The notes: a model not told the origin generated them from the sequence alone. Counted from the first letter of the stretch, positions 30,239-40,572 are shown. The stretch: DNA of 64,000 nt from an uncultured Alphaproteobacteria bacterium (GCA_963765745.1 CAVXXM010000004.1:172474-236473); one strand, 5' to 3'. Numbers and translations are program-made.

Positions 30239-31583
30239 ATGGCCGATACCTTCGACCTGATTCTCGCCGGCGGCACCGTCGTCAACCAGGACGGCGCGGG
30301 GGTGCGCGACATCGGCATCCGCGACGGCAAGATCGCGGCGATCGGCGGGCTTTCCGGCGCCTCGGCCGGTGAAGCCATCGATTGCCACGGCCTGCACGTG
30401 CTGCCGGGCGTCATCGACACCCAGGTGCATTTCCGCGAACCCGGCTTCACCCACAAGGAAGACCTGGAAACCGGCTCGCGCGCGGCCGTGCTCGGCGGCG
30501 TCACCGGCGTGTTCGAAATGCCCAATACCGAGCCGCCGACCATCGGCGCCTCGGCGCTGGCCGACAAAATCCGCCGCGCGCGCGGGCGCATGCATTGTGA
30601 TTTCGCCTTCTTCGTCGGCGGCACGCCCACCAACGTGCCGGACCTGCCCGAGCTCGAGCGGATGCCCGGCTGCGCCGGCGTCAAGGTGTTCATGGGCTCC
30701 TCGACCGGCAAGCTGCTGATCCCCGATGACGAGAGCCTGCGCGCGATTCTGCGCGTCATCCGCCGCCGCGCCTCGTTCCACTCCGAGGATGAGCCGCGGC
30801 TCGAGGAGCGCAAGCACCTGCGCGTCGCGGGCGACCCGAGCTCGCACCCGGTCTGGCGCGATCCGGTCGTGGCGCTGCGCGCCACCACGCGGCTCATTTC
30901 GCTCGCCCGCGAGACCGGCAAGCGCGTGCATGTGCTGCATATTTCGACGGCCGAAGAGATGGATTTGCTCGCCCAGCACCGCGACATCGCCAGCGTCGAG
31001 GCGACGCCGCAGCATCTCACGCTGGTGGCGCCCGATTGCTACGAGCGGCTCGGCACACTCGCGGTGATGAACCCGCCCTTGCGCGACGAGCGGCACCGCG
31101 AAGCGATCTGGCGCGCGCTATCGAGCGGCATCGTGGACGTGCTCGGCTCCGATCACGCCCCGCATACGCTGGCCGAGAAGGCCAAACCCTATCCTTCGAG
31201 CCCTTCAGGGCTCACCGGCGTGCAGACGCTGGTGCCGATCATGCTCGACCACGTGGTGGCCGGGAGGCTTACGCTCGAGCGCTTCGTCGACCTCACCAGC
31301 GCTGGCCCCGCGCGCATTTTCGGCATCGCAAGCAAGGGCCGCATCGCCGCCGGCTTCGATGCCGACTTCACCGTGGTCGACTTGAAGCGCCAGGAGACCA
31401 TCCGCAACTGGCTGATCGCCTCGCGCTGCGGCTGGACGCCTTATGACGGAATGAAAGTCACCGGCTGGCCGGTCGGCACGTTCGTGCGCGGGCGTGCGGG
31501 TGATGTGGCAGGGCGAAGTGCTCGCGCGCGGCACCGGCGCCCCGATCCGCTTCCACGAAGCGATGGGCAGCGCGACGGCCTGA
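30239..31583 (+). pseudogene. Dihydroorotase-family cyclic amidohydrolase, +1 frame break at about 31498
   Basis: PGVIDTQVHFREPG, FEMPNT and GSDHAPH. After FVRGR the natural tail VMWQGEVLARGTGAPIRFHEAMGSATA-stop is in the next frame. The 656-aa track ORF is a read-through artefact. Confidence 0.8.
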
Positions 31584-31588
31584 TCTTT

Positions 31589-32191
31589 TCAATCTCCCGC
31601 CACGAAGAATTGCCACGCGCCGTTCGGCGCAATGCCGACGCGATAGAACACATAGGCGCCGAATTCCTGCATTTCCTTCCAGTCGGAGCCGGTGACGAGC
31701 TTGAACAGCTCGACCTTCTGCTCCGGCGTGAGCTGCGCCAGCGGGATGCCGACGAAATAGGGCCACACGTACATTTCCTGCGGCGTGCCGCGGTCGAGCA
31801 GCACGAACGGACTCTCCAGCACCTCGACCAGGATCGAGAGCGCCTCGATCCCTTCGCTGTCCGGGTAGCTCGATTTCCAGTATTCGAGCGGATCCTTCTC
31901 GCCGCCGAACGAAAATACCGGCATCGCGTCGGCGGCCTTCATCAAGGCGGCGACCTTGGCCGCGTCGCCGGTCTTGGCCGCGGCGAGGATGCGCTCGCGC
32001 ATGGCGCGCACCGGCTCGGGCAGCTTCGCAGGATCGCGGACGATCTCGGGAAGCGGGGCGTTCGGTTGCGCGCTCTTGGCGGGCGGCGCGATGCGCGGTG
32101 GTGTGAGCGTCTCCGTGCGCGCCGGCGCCTGCGCGAGCACCGGCGTGGCAAGGAAGACGATCAGCAGGAGAGCGACGATTGTGCGGCCCAT
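31589..32191 (-). CDS. Secreted hypothetical protein (200 aa)
   Basis: Signal peptide MGRTIVALLLIVFLATPVLAQA (Met107 of ORF 31589..32509). No family recognised. Confidence 0.5.
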   Translation of the reverse strand: MGRTIVALLLIVFLATPVLAQAPARTETLTPPRIAPPAKSAQPNAPLPEIVRDPAKLPEPVRAMRERILAAAKTGDAAKVAALMKAADAMPVFSFGGEKDPLEYWKSSYPDSEGIEALSILVEVLESPFVLLDRGTPQEMYVWPYFVGIPLAQLTPEQKVELFKLVTGSDWKEMQEFGAYVFYRVGIAPNGAWQFFVAGD

Positions 32192-32246
32192 GGCGGGTTC
32201 CCCGCTTGAGCCTAGCCGAGCCCACGTCCGGGCGCGAGCGGTTGGC

Positions 32247-32573
32247 TTACTGCCGGCCGCGATTGATGGTGAATTCGCCGCCGCGGATGCGCTTGCCGAG
32301 GCCCTCGGCGAAGGTCGCCGTGGCTTCTTCGCCATAGGTGGTGACCAGCTCGCCCAGTGCCGTGAAAAGCGCCACCTGTGCCAGGCAATCGCCGTCGATG
32401 CCGTCGAGGCGCGCCTCGGCCCAGGCGTCCGAAAGATAGGCGAGCGCCGCGCGGCGCTCGTCGGCCGAGCCGTTTTCCGCGTCGTCCCCAAGGACGACAG
32501 CCATTGCAATGTCCCGCAAGTTTTTGCTCCGCCGACGCGCCGTTTCCCAGTCGCGAAACATAATCGGGCGCAT
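32247..32573 (-). CDS. Hypothetical protein (85-108 aa, start uncertain)
   Basis: ORF with normal high-GC codon bias. Acidic, with no motif recognised. Confidence 0.3.
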   Translation of the reverse strand: MRPIMFRDWETARRRSKNLRDIAMAVVLGDDAENGSADERRAALAYLSDAWAEARLDGIDGDCLAQVALFTALGELVTTYGEEATATFAEGLGKRIRGGEFTINRGRQ

Positions 32574-32629
32574 TCCGGCCGTCGCCTTGGACCTTTAAAG
32601 AAGGTTAACGCGTGCGCTCGGTTTCCCGC

Positions 32630-33175
32630 CTAATAGCTATAACGGGTTGCGATGTCCCTCGAAAGCCGCGCGCCTTCGCCGAGGAAACGTTCGATGGCGA
32701 GTCCGGCGGCGTCGGTGCAGCTCCTATAGGTCTGCTCGTAGGTAAAATAGCCGCGGTTGAAGCTCGCGATCATCCGGCCGCGGCGCTCGGGCGCGGGTTG
32801 CTCGGCTTCGAGCAGCTGTTCCATCTCTCCGCGCCAGCGGCCGCTCTCGACCGAGGCGCCGCAGAGCGGGCGCAGATAGTGCAAGGCGCCGAGGATTTCC
32901 GAAAGCCGTGCCATCTCGCCTTCATAGGGCGGCGGGGCGCCTTCGATGCGCGGCGGAACCTGCTGCGGGCCGCGCAATGCCGCCTTCGGCTGCCCCGGCG
33001 CGCGCGGCACGACCGGGCGCGGCGCGCCGAAAAAGTCGCGTGGCGGGGGTGGCGGCGGCGCACCGCGCAGCGGAATATCGCGCGGCGGAAACAATTGCTG
33101 GAACAGGCCTTGCGCTGCGGCGGGCGCGGCGAGAACAAGCGCGAGCGCGCAGGCGAGGAGAGCGCGGCGGATCAT
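32630..33175 (-). CDS. Secreted conserved hypothetical protein (TIGR02301-like, tentative)
   Basis: Signal peptide MIRRALLACALALVLAAPAAAQG, a Pro-rich linker, then LSEILGALHYLRPLCG...FNRGYFTYEQTYRSC. Family name is recalled with low certainty. Confidence 0.45.
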   Translation of the reverse strand: MIRRALLACALALVLAAPAAAQGLFQQLFPPRDIPLRGAPPPPPPRDFFGAPRPVVPRAPGQPKAALRGPQQVPPRIEGAPPPYEGEMARLSEILGALHYLRPLCGASVESGRWRGEMEQLLEAEQPAPERRGRMIASFNRGYFTYEQTYRSCTDAAGLAIERFLGEGARLSRDIATRYSY

Positions 33176-33215
33176 GGCCGGGTCTATGCCCCCGATCTGC
33201 GGCAGGAACAAGCCA

Positions 33216-33629
33216 TCAGCCGATCAGGCGCCTCGCCGCTGCGACGATCTCGGCAAGGCCTTCGGTGGTCTTGAGTTCTCCGATCTTGCCGGGCTCGATC
33301 CAGCGCACTTCGACGGCCTCGGGGCCGGTCTTCGGCTCGCCCGCGCGCCAGCGCGCGGCGAAAGCCTGGATGCGGAAGCGTGCGACTACAACGCCATCCC
33401 TGCCGCGCCACACGGCCTCGCGCTCGCCGGCGGGCGCCACGATCTCGGCTTCGACGCCGACTTCCTCGCGCAGTTCTCGAAGCGCCGCCTGCTCGGCGGT
33501 CTCGCCCGGCTCGATGCGGCCGCCTGGCAGGCTCCACAGTCGCGGCTGCGTACGCAAGGCAAGAAGCACCTTGCCGTCGCGGAAGACGGCGATGCTCGCC
33601 GCCGGAATCGGATTGTCGCTTTGGCTCAT
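33216..33629 (-). CDS. NUDIX hydrolase
   Basis: Nudix box GGRIEPGETAEQAALRELREEVGV. Confidence 0.85.
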   Translation of the reverse strand: MSQSDNPIPAASIAVFRDGKVLLALRTQPRLWSLPGGRIEPGETAEQAALRELREEVGVEAEIVAPAGEREAVWRGRDGVVVARFRIQAFAARWRAGEPKTGPEAVEVRWIEPGKIGELKTTEGLAEIVAAARRLIG

Positions 33630-33657
33630 CGCGCCGAAGTCATATCATCTCGCCGCC

Positions 33658-34338
33658 ATGTGCGGACGCTACATGCTGACCTCGACGCCGGAGATGCTAC
33701 GGCAGCATTTCAGCTATCCGGAACAGCCGGATTTCCCGCCGCGCTATAACGTGGCGCCCGCGCAGCCGGTCGCCATCGTGCGGTTTGTGGCGGGCAAGCG
33801 GCAATTCGCGCTGGTGCGCTGGGGCCTGATTCCCTCCTGGGTCAAGGACCCGCGCGAGTTCGCGCTGCTGATCAATGCGCGGATCGAAGGCGTCCTCGAC
33901 AAGCCCTCGTTCAGGAACGCGATCCGGCGGCGGCGCTGCCTGGTGCCGGCCGATGGTTTCTACGAGTGGCAAAAAACGGCGCGCGGCAAGCGGCCTTTCG
34001 CCATCCGCCCGCGCTCGGCCGGTCCGGTGGCGTTCGCCGGGATCTGGGAGACCTGGGCCGACCGCGACGGCGGCGAGATCGACACCATGGCGATCATTAC
34101 CTGTCCAGCCAACAAGACGCTGGCATCGATCCATGACCGGATGCCGGCTTTGGTGCCGCCCGAGCATTTCGACGCGTGGCTCGATGTGGAGAAAGTCGAC
34201 GCCGAGACGGCGCTCGCGCTGATCGGGCCGGCGCTGGAGGATTTCTTCGAGGCCTACGAGATTTCGACGCGCGTGAACAAGGCGGAGAACGAAGGGCCAG
34301 AATTGGTCGAGCCGCTTAAAGCACCTTCCCGGGATTGA
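33658..34338 (+). CDS. SOS-response-associated peptidase (SRAP/YedK family)
   Basis: N-terminal MCGRY with catalytic Cys2. VRWGLIPSW, PADGFYEW and HDRMP. Internal Met of ORF 32908..34338. Confidence 0.9.
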   Translation: MCGRYMLTSTPEMLRQHFSYPEQPDFPPRYNVAPAQPVAIVRFVAGKRQFALVRWGLIPSWVKDPREFALLINARIEGVLDKPSFRNAIRRRRCLVPADGFYEWQKTARGKRPFAIRPRSAGPVAFAGIWETWADRDGGEIDTMAIITCPANKTLASIHDRMPALVPPEHFDAWLDVEKVDAETALALIGPALEDFFEAYEISTRVNKAENEGPELVEPLKAPSRD

Positions 34339-35743
34339 GAATCCCGTTCGGGTCGAGCGTGCGCTTGATCGCGCGCATCAGGTCGAGCTCGACCGGGTCC
34401 TTCACGCCGGGCAGCAGCTTCCGTTTCATCACGCCGATGCCGTGCTCGGCCGAGATCGAGCCGCCGAGCCGCATGACGATCTCGTAAACCACCGCGTTCA
34501 CCTCGTCCCAGCGGGCGAGGAACTTCTGCGGGTCGGCGCCCTCGGGTTGCGCGAAATTGTAGTGGATGTTGCCGTCTCCGATATGGCCGAACGCCACCGG
34601 CTTTCCGCCGGGGATGAGTTTGGCGAGCGCGGCCTCGGCTTGCTCGATGAACGCAGGCACCGCCGAGACCGGCACCGAAATGTCGTGCTTGACGCCGGCA
34701 CCGAGCGTCTTCTGCAGCTCCGCGACGCCCGCGCGTAATTTGCGAAACGCGAGGCGCTGCGCTTCGCTGCTGCCAAGCACGGCGTCGCCGACGATGCCGC
34801 GCCTGGTGCCCTCGGCGAGCAGGTCCTCGAGCGCGGCGCGCAGATCCTGCTGCATCGGCGAGGTGAGCTCGATCAGCACGTACCAGGGATAGGGCTTGGC
34901 GAGCGGGTCGCGCGCGCCCGGCAGGTGCTTCGCGGTGTACTCGATGGAAATGCGCTGCATCAACTCGAACGTGGTGACCATGTTTCCGGCGCGCGATTGC
35001 GCGAGCATCAGCAGCGCAAGCGCGTCCTTGGGGCTCGCGAGCCCCACGACCGCGGTCTCGACCGTGCGCGGCGCGGGAAAAAGCTTCAGCACCGCCGCGG
35101 TGATGATGCCAAGCGTGCCTTCCGCGCCGACGAAAAGATGGCGCAGGTCGTAGCCGGTATTGTCCTTCTTGAGCTTGCGCAGCCCCCGCCAGATGCGCCC
35201 GTCGGCGAGCACCACTTCGAGCCCGAGCACGAGGTCGCGCGCGACGCCGTAGGACAGCGCTTGCAGGCCGCCGGCATTGGTCGAAAGATTTCCGCCGATG
35301 GTGCAGGAGCCCTCGGCGCCGAGCGAGAGCGGGAAGAAGCGCTCCTTGGCCGCCGCCGCTTCCTGCGCGCGCTGCAGCACCACGCCCGACTCGCAGGTCA
35401 TGGTATTGGCGGCGACGTCGATCTCGCGGATCTTGTCGAGCCGTTGAGTGGAAATCACGATCGCGCGCTCGTCGAACGGCGTCTGCGCGCCCACAAGGCC
35501 CGTATTGCCGCCCTGCGGCACGATCGGCGTCCGGGTTTCCTGCGCGAGCTTCACGATAGCGGCGACCTCTTCGGTCGAGCCGGGCCGGAGCACCGCCGCC
35601 GCGCACCCGTGATAGAGGTCGCGCTGTTCGGTGAGGAACGGCGCCATCGCGCTTGCTTCGCGCAGCGAATATTTCTCGCCGACGATCGCGGTGAACCGGT
35701 CGATGGGCGTGGCGGCGGCGGGCTTTCCGGCGGGCTTGTTCAT
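34316..35743 (-). CDS. FAD-binding oxidoreductase (GlcD/D-lactate or D-2-hydroxyacid dehydrogenase family)
   Basis: 475 aa. IVPQGGNTGLVGAQ and CTIGGNLSTNAGG. Intact. Confidence 0.9.
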   Translation of the reverse strand: MNKPAGKPAAATPIDRFTAIVGEKYSLREASAMAPFLTEQRDLYHGCAAAVLRPGSTEEVAAIVKLAQETRTPIVPQGGNTGLVGAQTPFDERAIVISTQRLDKIREIDVAANTMTCESGVVLQRAQEAAAAKERFFPLSLGAEGSCTIGGNLSTNAGGLQALSYGVARDLVLGLEVVLADGRIWRGLRKLKKDNTGYDLRHLFVGAEGTLGIITAAVLKLFPAPRTVETAVVGLASPKDALALLMLAQSRAGNMVTTFELMQRISIEYTAKHLPGARDPLAKPYPWYVLIELTSPMQQDLRAALEDLLAEGTRRGIVGDAVLGSSEAQRLAFRKLRAGVAELQKTLGAGVKHDISVPVSAVPAFIEQAEAALAKLIPGGKPVAFGHIGDGNIHYNFAQPEGADPQKFLARWDEVNAVVYEIVMRLGGSISAEHGIGVMKRKLLPGVKDPVELDLMRAIKRTLDPNGILNPGKVL

Positions 35744-35762
35744 GGTGCGACCTTAGCAGAAT

Positions 35763-36752
35763 TCATCGGCGCGGAACGGCCGCGCGGCCGAGCCGGTCAT
35801 TGATGGCCTCGCCCAGACCCTCGTGCGGGATCGGGGCAACGGCGATGGTAGTAGCACCGGCAACATCGAGAGCGCGCAGGTGTGCGAAGAGATTGGCCGC
35901 CGCCTCCACGAGATCGCCCTTCTCGGAAAGGTCGAGCACGCGGGAAGCGTTCTCGGCGCCCTTGGGCTTTACTCCACCAAACATGAGCAGCGCCTCGCCG
36001 GGGCGCACTTCGGCTGCGTCGAGCCGCAGCTTCGTCCGCGGCGCGTAGTGCGAAGCCAGCATGCCCGGCGCGCTGACTTCGCCGGAAGGAGCGTCGGCGA
36101 GCGGGCTGCCCAGCACCCGCTCGATCTCCGCGCGCGGGATGCCACCAAGACGCAAGAGTCGGGGAGTGGCGGACGTGCAATCGATAATCGTCGACTCGAT
36201 CCCCATCGGCGTCGGCCCGCCATCGAGCACCGCGTCGATGCTTCCCGACAGATCCGAGAGAACGTGTTCCGCCGTCGTCGGAGAGACATGGCCCGAGCGG
36301 TTGGCGCTCGGCGCCGCCACCGGCTTTCCGAGCGCCGCAAGCAACGCGCGCGCCATCGGATGCGCCGGAACGCGTAGCGCCACGGTATCCAGCCCGGCCC
36401 GCGCGAGGTCGCAGACCAGGCAATCGGCCGCCGCGCGCACCACCAGCGTCAGCGCTCCCGGCCAGCATTTCGCCGCCAAACGTTCGGCATTGCTGTCGAA
36501 TGTGCCAAGACTCCTTGCGGCCGCTACGTCAAGCACGTGTGCGATCAGCGGATTGAAGCGCGGCCGTCCCTTGGCCGCGAACAGCCGGGCTACCGCAATC
36601 GGGTCGGCCGCATCGGCGCCGAGCCCGTAGACCGTCTCGGTCGGGAACGCCACGAGCGCGCCCTCGCCAAGCATCCGCGCGGCTTCGGCGATGCCTGCCG
36701 CGTCAGCGGGAAGCCTCCGGGTCGCCAAGGTGGAGTTTGTCTTCTCTGTCAT
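35763..36752 (-). CDS. L-threonylcarbamoyladenylate synthase (Sua5/YwlC type)
   Basis: ALVAFPTETVYGLGADA, KGRPRFNPLIAHV and SANRSGHVSPT, plus a C-terminal Sua5 domain. Confidence 0.9.
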   Translation of the reverse strand: MTEKTNSTLATRRLPADAAGIAEAARMLGEGALVAFPTETVYGLGADAADPIAVARLFAAKGRPRFNPLIAHVLDVAAARSLGTFDSNAERLAAKCWPGALTLVVRAAADCLVCDLARAGLDTVALRVPAHPMARALLAALGKPVAAPSANRSGHVSPTTAEHVLSDLSGSIDAVLDGGPTPMGIESTIIDCTSATPRLLRLGGIPRAEIERVLGSPLADAPSGEVSAPGMLASHYAPRTKLRLDAAEVRPGEALLMFGGVKPKGAENASRVLDLSEKGDLVEAAANLFAHLRALDVAGATTIAVAPIPHEGLGEAINDRLGRAAVPRR

Positions 36753-36859
36753 TGACGGTCGTTTCGTGCGCGGCCACTCTCAGCCGAGCGGGGCTTCTCG
36801 GCCCTGGCAAAGCCTCGGTCAAGCCGCGGCCGCAAGAACTTCAAGTAAGGGAGAAGCCC

Positions 36860-38650
36860 GTGACCTACAGCGCGCCCGTCGACGAGACGGTCTTCTTTCT
36901 CGATCATTGCACCAGCCTGAAGAAGCTCGCCAGCAGCGGGGCCATCGCCGACCTCACGCCCGACCTGGTGCAGAGCGTGCTCGAAGAAGCCGGCAAGTTC
37001 GCCGGCGAGGTGCTCGCGCCCATGAACCGCATCGGCGACGTCGAAGGCGCGCATTTCGCCAACGGCAAGGTGACGATGCCCAAGGGCTGGATCGAAGCCT
37101 ATCGCGCCTGGGCCGGCGCTGGCTGGAGCGCGGTCACGGCGCCGACCGAATGGGGCGGGCAGGGGCTGCCGACCATGCTCAACGCCGCCTGCATCGAATT
37201 CTGGAACTCGGCCTGCATGTCGTTCGCCATCGGGCCGGTGGTTTCCATGGCGGCGATCGAGGCGTTCCACGTCCACGGCAACGAGACGCTGAAGCGGATG
37301 TATCTGGAGAAGATCGTCACCGGCGAGTGGATGGCCACGATGCAGCTCACCGAGCCTCAGGCCGGCACGGATTTGTCATTGCTGCGCACGAAAGCGACGC
37401 GCCAGGAGGACGGCACCTACCGGCTGCAGGGCACGAAGATTTTCATCACTTATGGCGAGCACGATTTGACCGACAACATCATCCATTTCGTGCTCGCGCG
37501 GCTGCCCGACGCGCCGCCGGGCAACAAGGGCATCTCGCTTTTCCTGGTGCCGAAGTGCCTGGTCAAGGGCGACGGCACACTCGGGCCCAGGAACGACGTT
37601 CGCTGCGCTTCGATCGAGCACAAGATGGGCATCCACGCTTCGCCGACCTGCGTCATGGTCTATGGCGATAACGAGGGCGCGCTCGGCTATCTGATCGGCG
37701 AGGAGAACAAGGGCCTCGCCTGCATGTTCACCATGATGAATAACGCCCGCCTCGCGGTCGGCGTGCAGGGCGTCGGCATCGCCGAGCGAGCGACGCAACA
37801 GGCCCTGAATTTCGCGCGCGAGCGGAAACAGGGCCGCGCGCCGGGCTCCGGCGACGACGCCAGCCCGATCATCGCGCACCCCGACGTCAAACGCATGCTG
37901 ATGACCATGCGCGCGCTGACCAACGCCTCGCGCGCGATTTGCCTGAAAAACGCCGACGCCATCGACCGCGCGCATTTTTCCGCGGACGAAGGCGAGCGCT
38001 ATGTGGCGCAGGAGGAGGCCAACCTGCTGACGCCGGTCTCCAAGGCATTCTCCACCGACTCCGGCATCGAGGTGAGTTCGCTCGGCATCCAGGTGCATGG
38101 CGGCATGGGCTATATCGAGGAGACCGGCGCCGCCCAGCATTATCGCGATGCGCGCATCGCCGCGATCTACGAAGGCACCAATGGCATCCAGGCCATGGAT
38201 CTGGTGACGCGCAAGATCGGGCAATCCGAAGGCAAGACGATGCAGCGCATGCTTGCGGGGTTCCGCGATACCGCGCGGCGGCTCGCGACCCTCAAGGATC
38301 CGGCCTTCGGTGCCATCGCGCCGCGGCTCTCCGAAGCGATCGACGCGCTCGAGCGCGCAACCACGCATCTGCAGACCGCGCTCGGCAAGAAGCCCAACGA
38401 CGCGCTCGCCGGCGCCACGCCTTTTACGCGGCTGTTCGGGCTGGTGGCGGGTGCCGCTTATCTCACCGAAGCCGCGCAGGCCGCGAAGCTCTCGATGGCG
38501 ACCGGCAATGACGATCCCGGGCATCTCGCGCGCATCGCCACCGCTCGCTTCTTCGCCGAGAACATCTTGCCCCAGGCCGGCGGGCTGGAGCGCATCGTCG
38601 TTTCCGGCGCCGAGTCGGTGATGCAGTCGGATTTCGTGCTTTCGGCCTGA
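36860..38650 (+). CDS. Long-form acyl-CoA dehydrogenase (596 aa)
   Basis: A GTG start follows AAGGGAGAA. TEPQAGTDLS and VHGGMGYIEETGAAQHYRDARI. Confidence 0.9.
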   Translation: MTYSAPVDETVFFLDHCTSLKKLASSGAIADLTPDLVQSVLEEAGKFAGEVLAPMNRIGDVEGAHFANGKVTMPKGWIEAYRAWAGAGWSAVTAPTEWGGQGLPTMLNAACIEFWNSACMSFAIGPVVSMAAIEAFHVHGNETLKRMYLEKIVTGEWMATMQLTEPQAGTDLSLLRTKATRQEDGTYRLQGTKIFITYGEHDLTDNIIHFVLARLPDAPPGNKGISLFLVPKCLVKGDGTLGPRNDVRCASIEHKMGIHASPTCVMVYGDNEGALGYLIGEENKGLACMFTMMNNARLAVGVQGVGIAERATQQALNFARERKQGRAPGSGDDASPIIAHPDVKRMLMTMRALTNASRAICLKNADAIDRAHFSADEGERYVAQEEANLLTPVSKAFSTDSGIEVSSLGIQVHGGMGYIEETGAAQHYRDARIAAIYEGTNGIQAMDLVTRKIGQSEGKTMQRMLAGFRDTARRLATLKDPAFGAIAPRLSEAIDALERATTHLQTALGKKPNDALAGATPFTRLFGLVAGAAYLTEAAQAAKLSMATGNDDPGHLARIATARFFAENILPQAGGLERIVVSGAESVMQSDFVLSA

Positions 38651-38657
38651 GGGTTCC

Positions 38658-39530
38658 ATGTCGCTCAAGGGAAAAACGCTCTTCATCACCGGCGCCTCGC
38701 GCGGCATCGGTCTTGCGATCGCGCTGCGCGCGGCCAAAGACGGCGCCAATATCGCCATCGCGGCGAAAACCGATCAGCCGCACCCGAAGCTGGAAGGCAC
38801 CATCCACACCGCGGCCAAGGACATCGAAGCCGCCGGCGGCAAGGCCTTGCCGCTACAGGTGGACGTGCGCGACGAGATGCAAGTGGCCGCCGCGCTGAAG
38901 AAGACGGCCGAGCATTTCGGCGGCGTCGACATCGTGGTGAACAACGCGTCCGCGATCCAGCTCACCAGGACGCCCGAGACCGACATGAAGCGCTACGATC
39001 TGATGCACCAGATCAACACCCGCGGCACCTTCGTGGTCTCCAAGTTCGCGATCCCGTATCTGGAGAAGGCGGCAAACCCGCACATCCTCGCCATCTCGCC
39101 ACCGCTCGACATGAAGGAGCGCTGGTTCGCGCCGCACGTGGCCTACACCATGGCCAAATTCGGCATGAGCCAGGTGATGCTGGGTCTGGCCGGCGAATTG
39201 CGCTCGAAGGGCATCGCGGCGAACGCGCTCTGGCCACGCACCACGATCGCGACCGCCGCGATCCGGAACCTCTTGGGCGGCGACGCGGTGATGCGCATGA
39301 GTAGGAAGCCCGAGATCATCGCCGAGGCAGCCTGGCGCATTTTCCAGAAGCCGGCCAAGCAGTTCACCGGCAATTTCCTGATCGACGACACCTTCCTGGC
39401 CGGCGAGGGCATCACCGATTTCGACCAGTACCGGGTCGATCCCACGCAATCACTGGCGCCCGACTTCTTCGTGCCGGAAGACGCCAAGCCGCCGGCGAGC
39501 GTCAATTTGGGGCCGGTCAAAAAAACCTAA
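38658..39530 (+). CDS. SDR-family oxidoreductase
   Basis: TGASRGIG, NNAS and YTMAKFG (YxxxK). Confidence 0.9.
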   Translation: MSLKGKTLFITGASRGIGLAIALRAAKDGANIAIAAKTDQPHPKLEGTIHTAAKDIEAAGGKALPLQVDVRDEMQVAAALKKTAEHFGGVDIVVNNASAIQLTRTPETDMKRYDLMHQINTRGTFVVSKFAIPYLEKAANPHILAISPPLDMKERWFAPHVAYTMAKFGMSQVMLGLAGELRSKGIAANALWPRTTIATAAIRNLLGGDAVMRMSRKPEIIAEAAWRIFQKPAKQFTGNFLIDDTFLAGEGITDFDQYRVDPTQSLAPDFFVPEDAKPPASVNLGPVKKT

Positions 39531-39533
39531 TCT

Positions 39534-39634
39534 GTCATTCCGGGGCGCGGGCGAAGCCCGCGAGCCCGGAATCCATATTCGCTGACGGTGGTTATGGATT
39601 CCGGGCTCGCCGCTACGCGGCGCCCCGGAATGAC
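39534..39634. repeat. 101-bp nested palindromic REP/MITE-like element
   Basis: Outer 15-bp arms GTCATTCCGGGGCGC/GCGCCCCGGAATGAC. Inner 16-bp arms GAGCCCGGAATCCATA/TATGGATTCCGGGCTC. Two side hairpins, GCGGGC-GAA-GCCCGC and GCCGC-TAC-GCGGC. It lies between convergent genes. Confidence 0.7.
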
Positions 39635-39641
39635 ACGGTGG

Positions 39642-40463
39642 TCACCGCCCCGGCAGCACGATCATCTTCGGCTTTTTCGGCAAGCTCGCGCGCGAGACCA
39701 CCAGCGTCGGCACCTCGGCGCGCTCGATCTCGTAGACCGCGCCGACCTTCTCAAGGAAGCGATCGAGCGTAGCTTGCCCGAAAATGTGCATCGGGATCAT
39801 CAAGGGCGCCTTGATCTGCCCGAGCACCTCGATCATCCCATCCACGCCTAATGTGTAACTTCCATCCACCGGCACCAGCAGCACGTCGATGCGACCGAGC
39901 TGGTCGAGATGCTCCAGCGTCAGCGTGTGATGCAGGTGCCCGAGATGCGCGACGCACACGCCGGATAGCTCGAACACAAAGATCGAGTTGCCGTGCAGCG
40001 TAGTGCCGCCGCCCCAATCGCGAATGTTGGTCACGACGTTGCGCACCCAGACGTCCTCGTAGGTGAACTCGTGGCGCGCAGGCGAGCCGTCCGGGTTCCA
40101 GCCGCGCAGCACGTGCTTGATCTCCGGGTTCGGGAAATTCGTATAATGCGTCGAATGCGCGCGGTTCATCGTGGCGATGTCGGGGGTCTCGCGCGGCCGC
40201 ACGTAGTCGTTGAAATCGGTGGCGATCTTCACGCCGCGCGGGCTCTCGATCAGGAAGGTCGAGTGGCCGATGAAGGTGAGCCGCACCTGATCGGGCTCCA
40301 GCGCCGCCAGCCGGAAGGTGGCCGGAATGATGCGCGGGGTTTCTTGCGCGACCAGGCGCGGACAGCGCTCGTCGGAGGAGCGGGTTTGCGCGCTGGCGGG
40401 CAAGGCGAATGCGGCCAGTGCAGCAATCAGCGTGCAAAGCCATTGGAACCGGGGCATAGGCAC
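39642..40463 (-). CDS. Secreted MBL-fold metallo-hydrolase
   Basis: Signal peptide ending ALPASAQ. FIGHSTFLIE and AHLGHLHH. Confidence 0.7.
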   Translation of the reverse strand: MPMPRFQWLCTLIAALAAFALPASAQTRSSDERCPRLVAQETPRIIPATFRLAALEPDQVRLTFIGHSTFLIESPRGVKIATDFNDYVRPRETPDIATMNRAHSTHYTNFPNPEIKHVLRGWNPDGSPARHEFTYEDVWVRNVVTNIRDWGGGTTLHGNSIFVFELSGVCVAHLGHLHHTLTLEHLDQLGRIDVLLVPVDGSYTLGVDGMIEVLGQIKAPLMIPMHIFGQATLDRFLEKVGAVYEIERAEVPTLVVSRASLPKKPKMIVLPGR

Positions 40464-40572
40464 TCCAGCGCTGCTTTCCGTAGGTAATCATATACGCCCG
40501 GCTCGAAAAGCAAATCGCTGGGCTCGTTTTGTGCACGCTGGCGAAATCGCGCTCCGTTTGCCATAGAAAGCA

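Noticed and set aside
39588-39851. 87-aa ORF starting MVMDSGLAATRRPGMT
   Set aside because: Its start is generated by the palindromic repeat and the rest is antisense to the MBL-hydrolase gene. This is a classic REP-derived false ORF.
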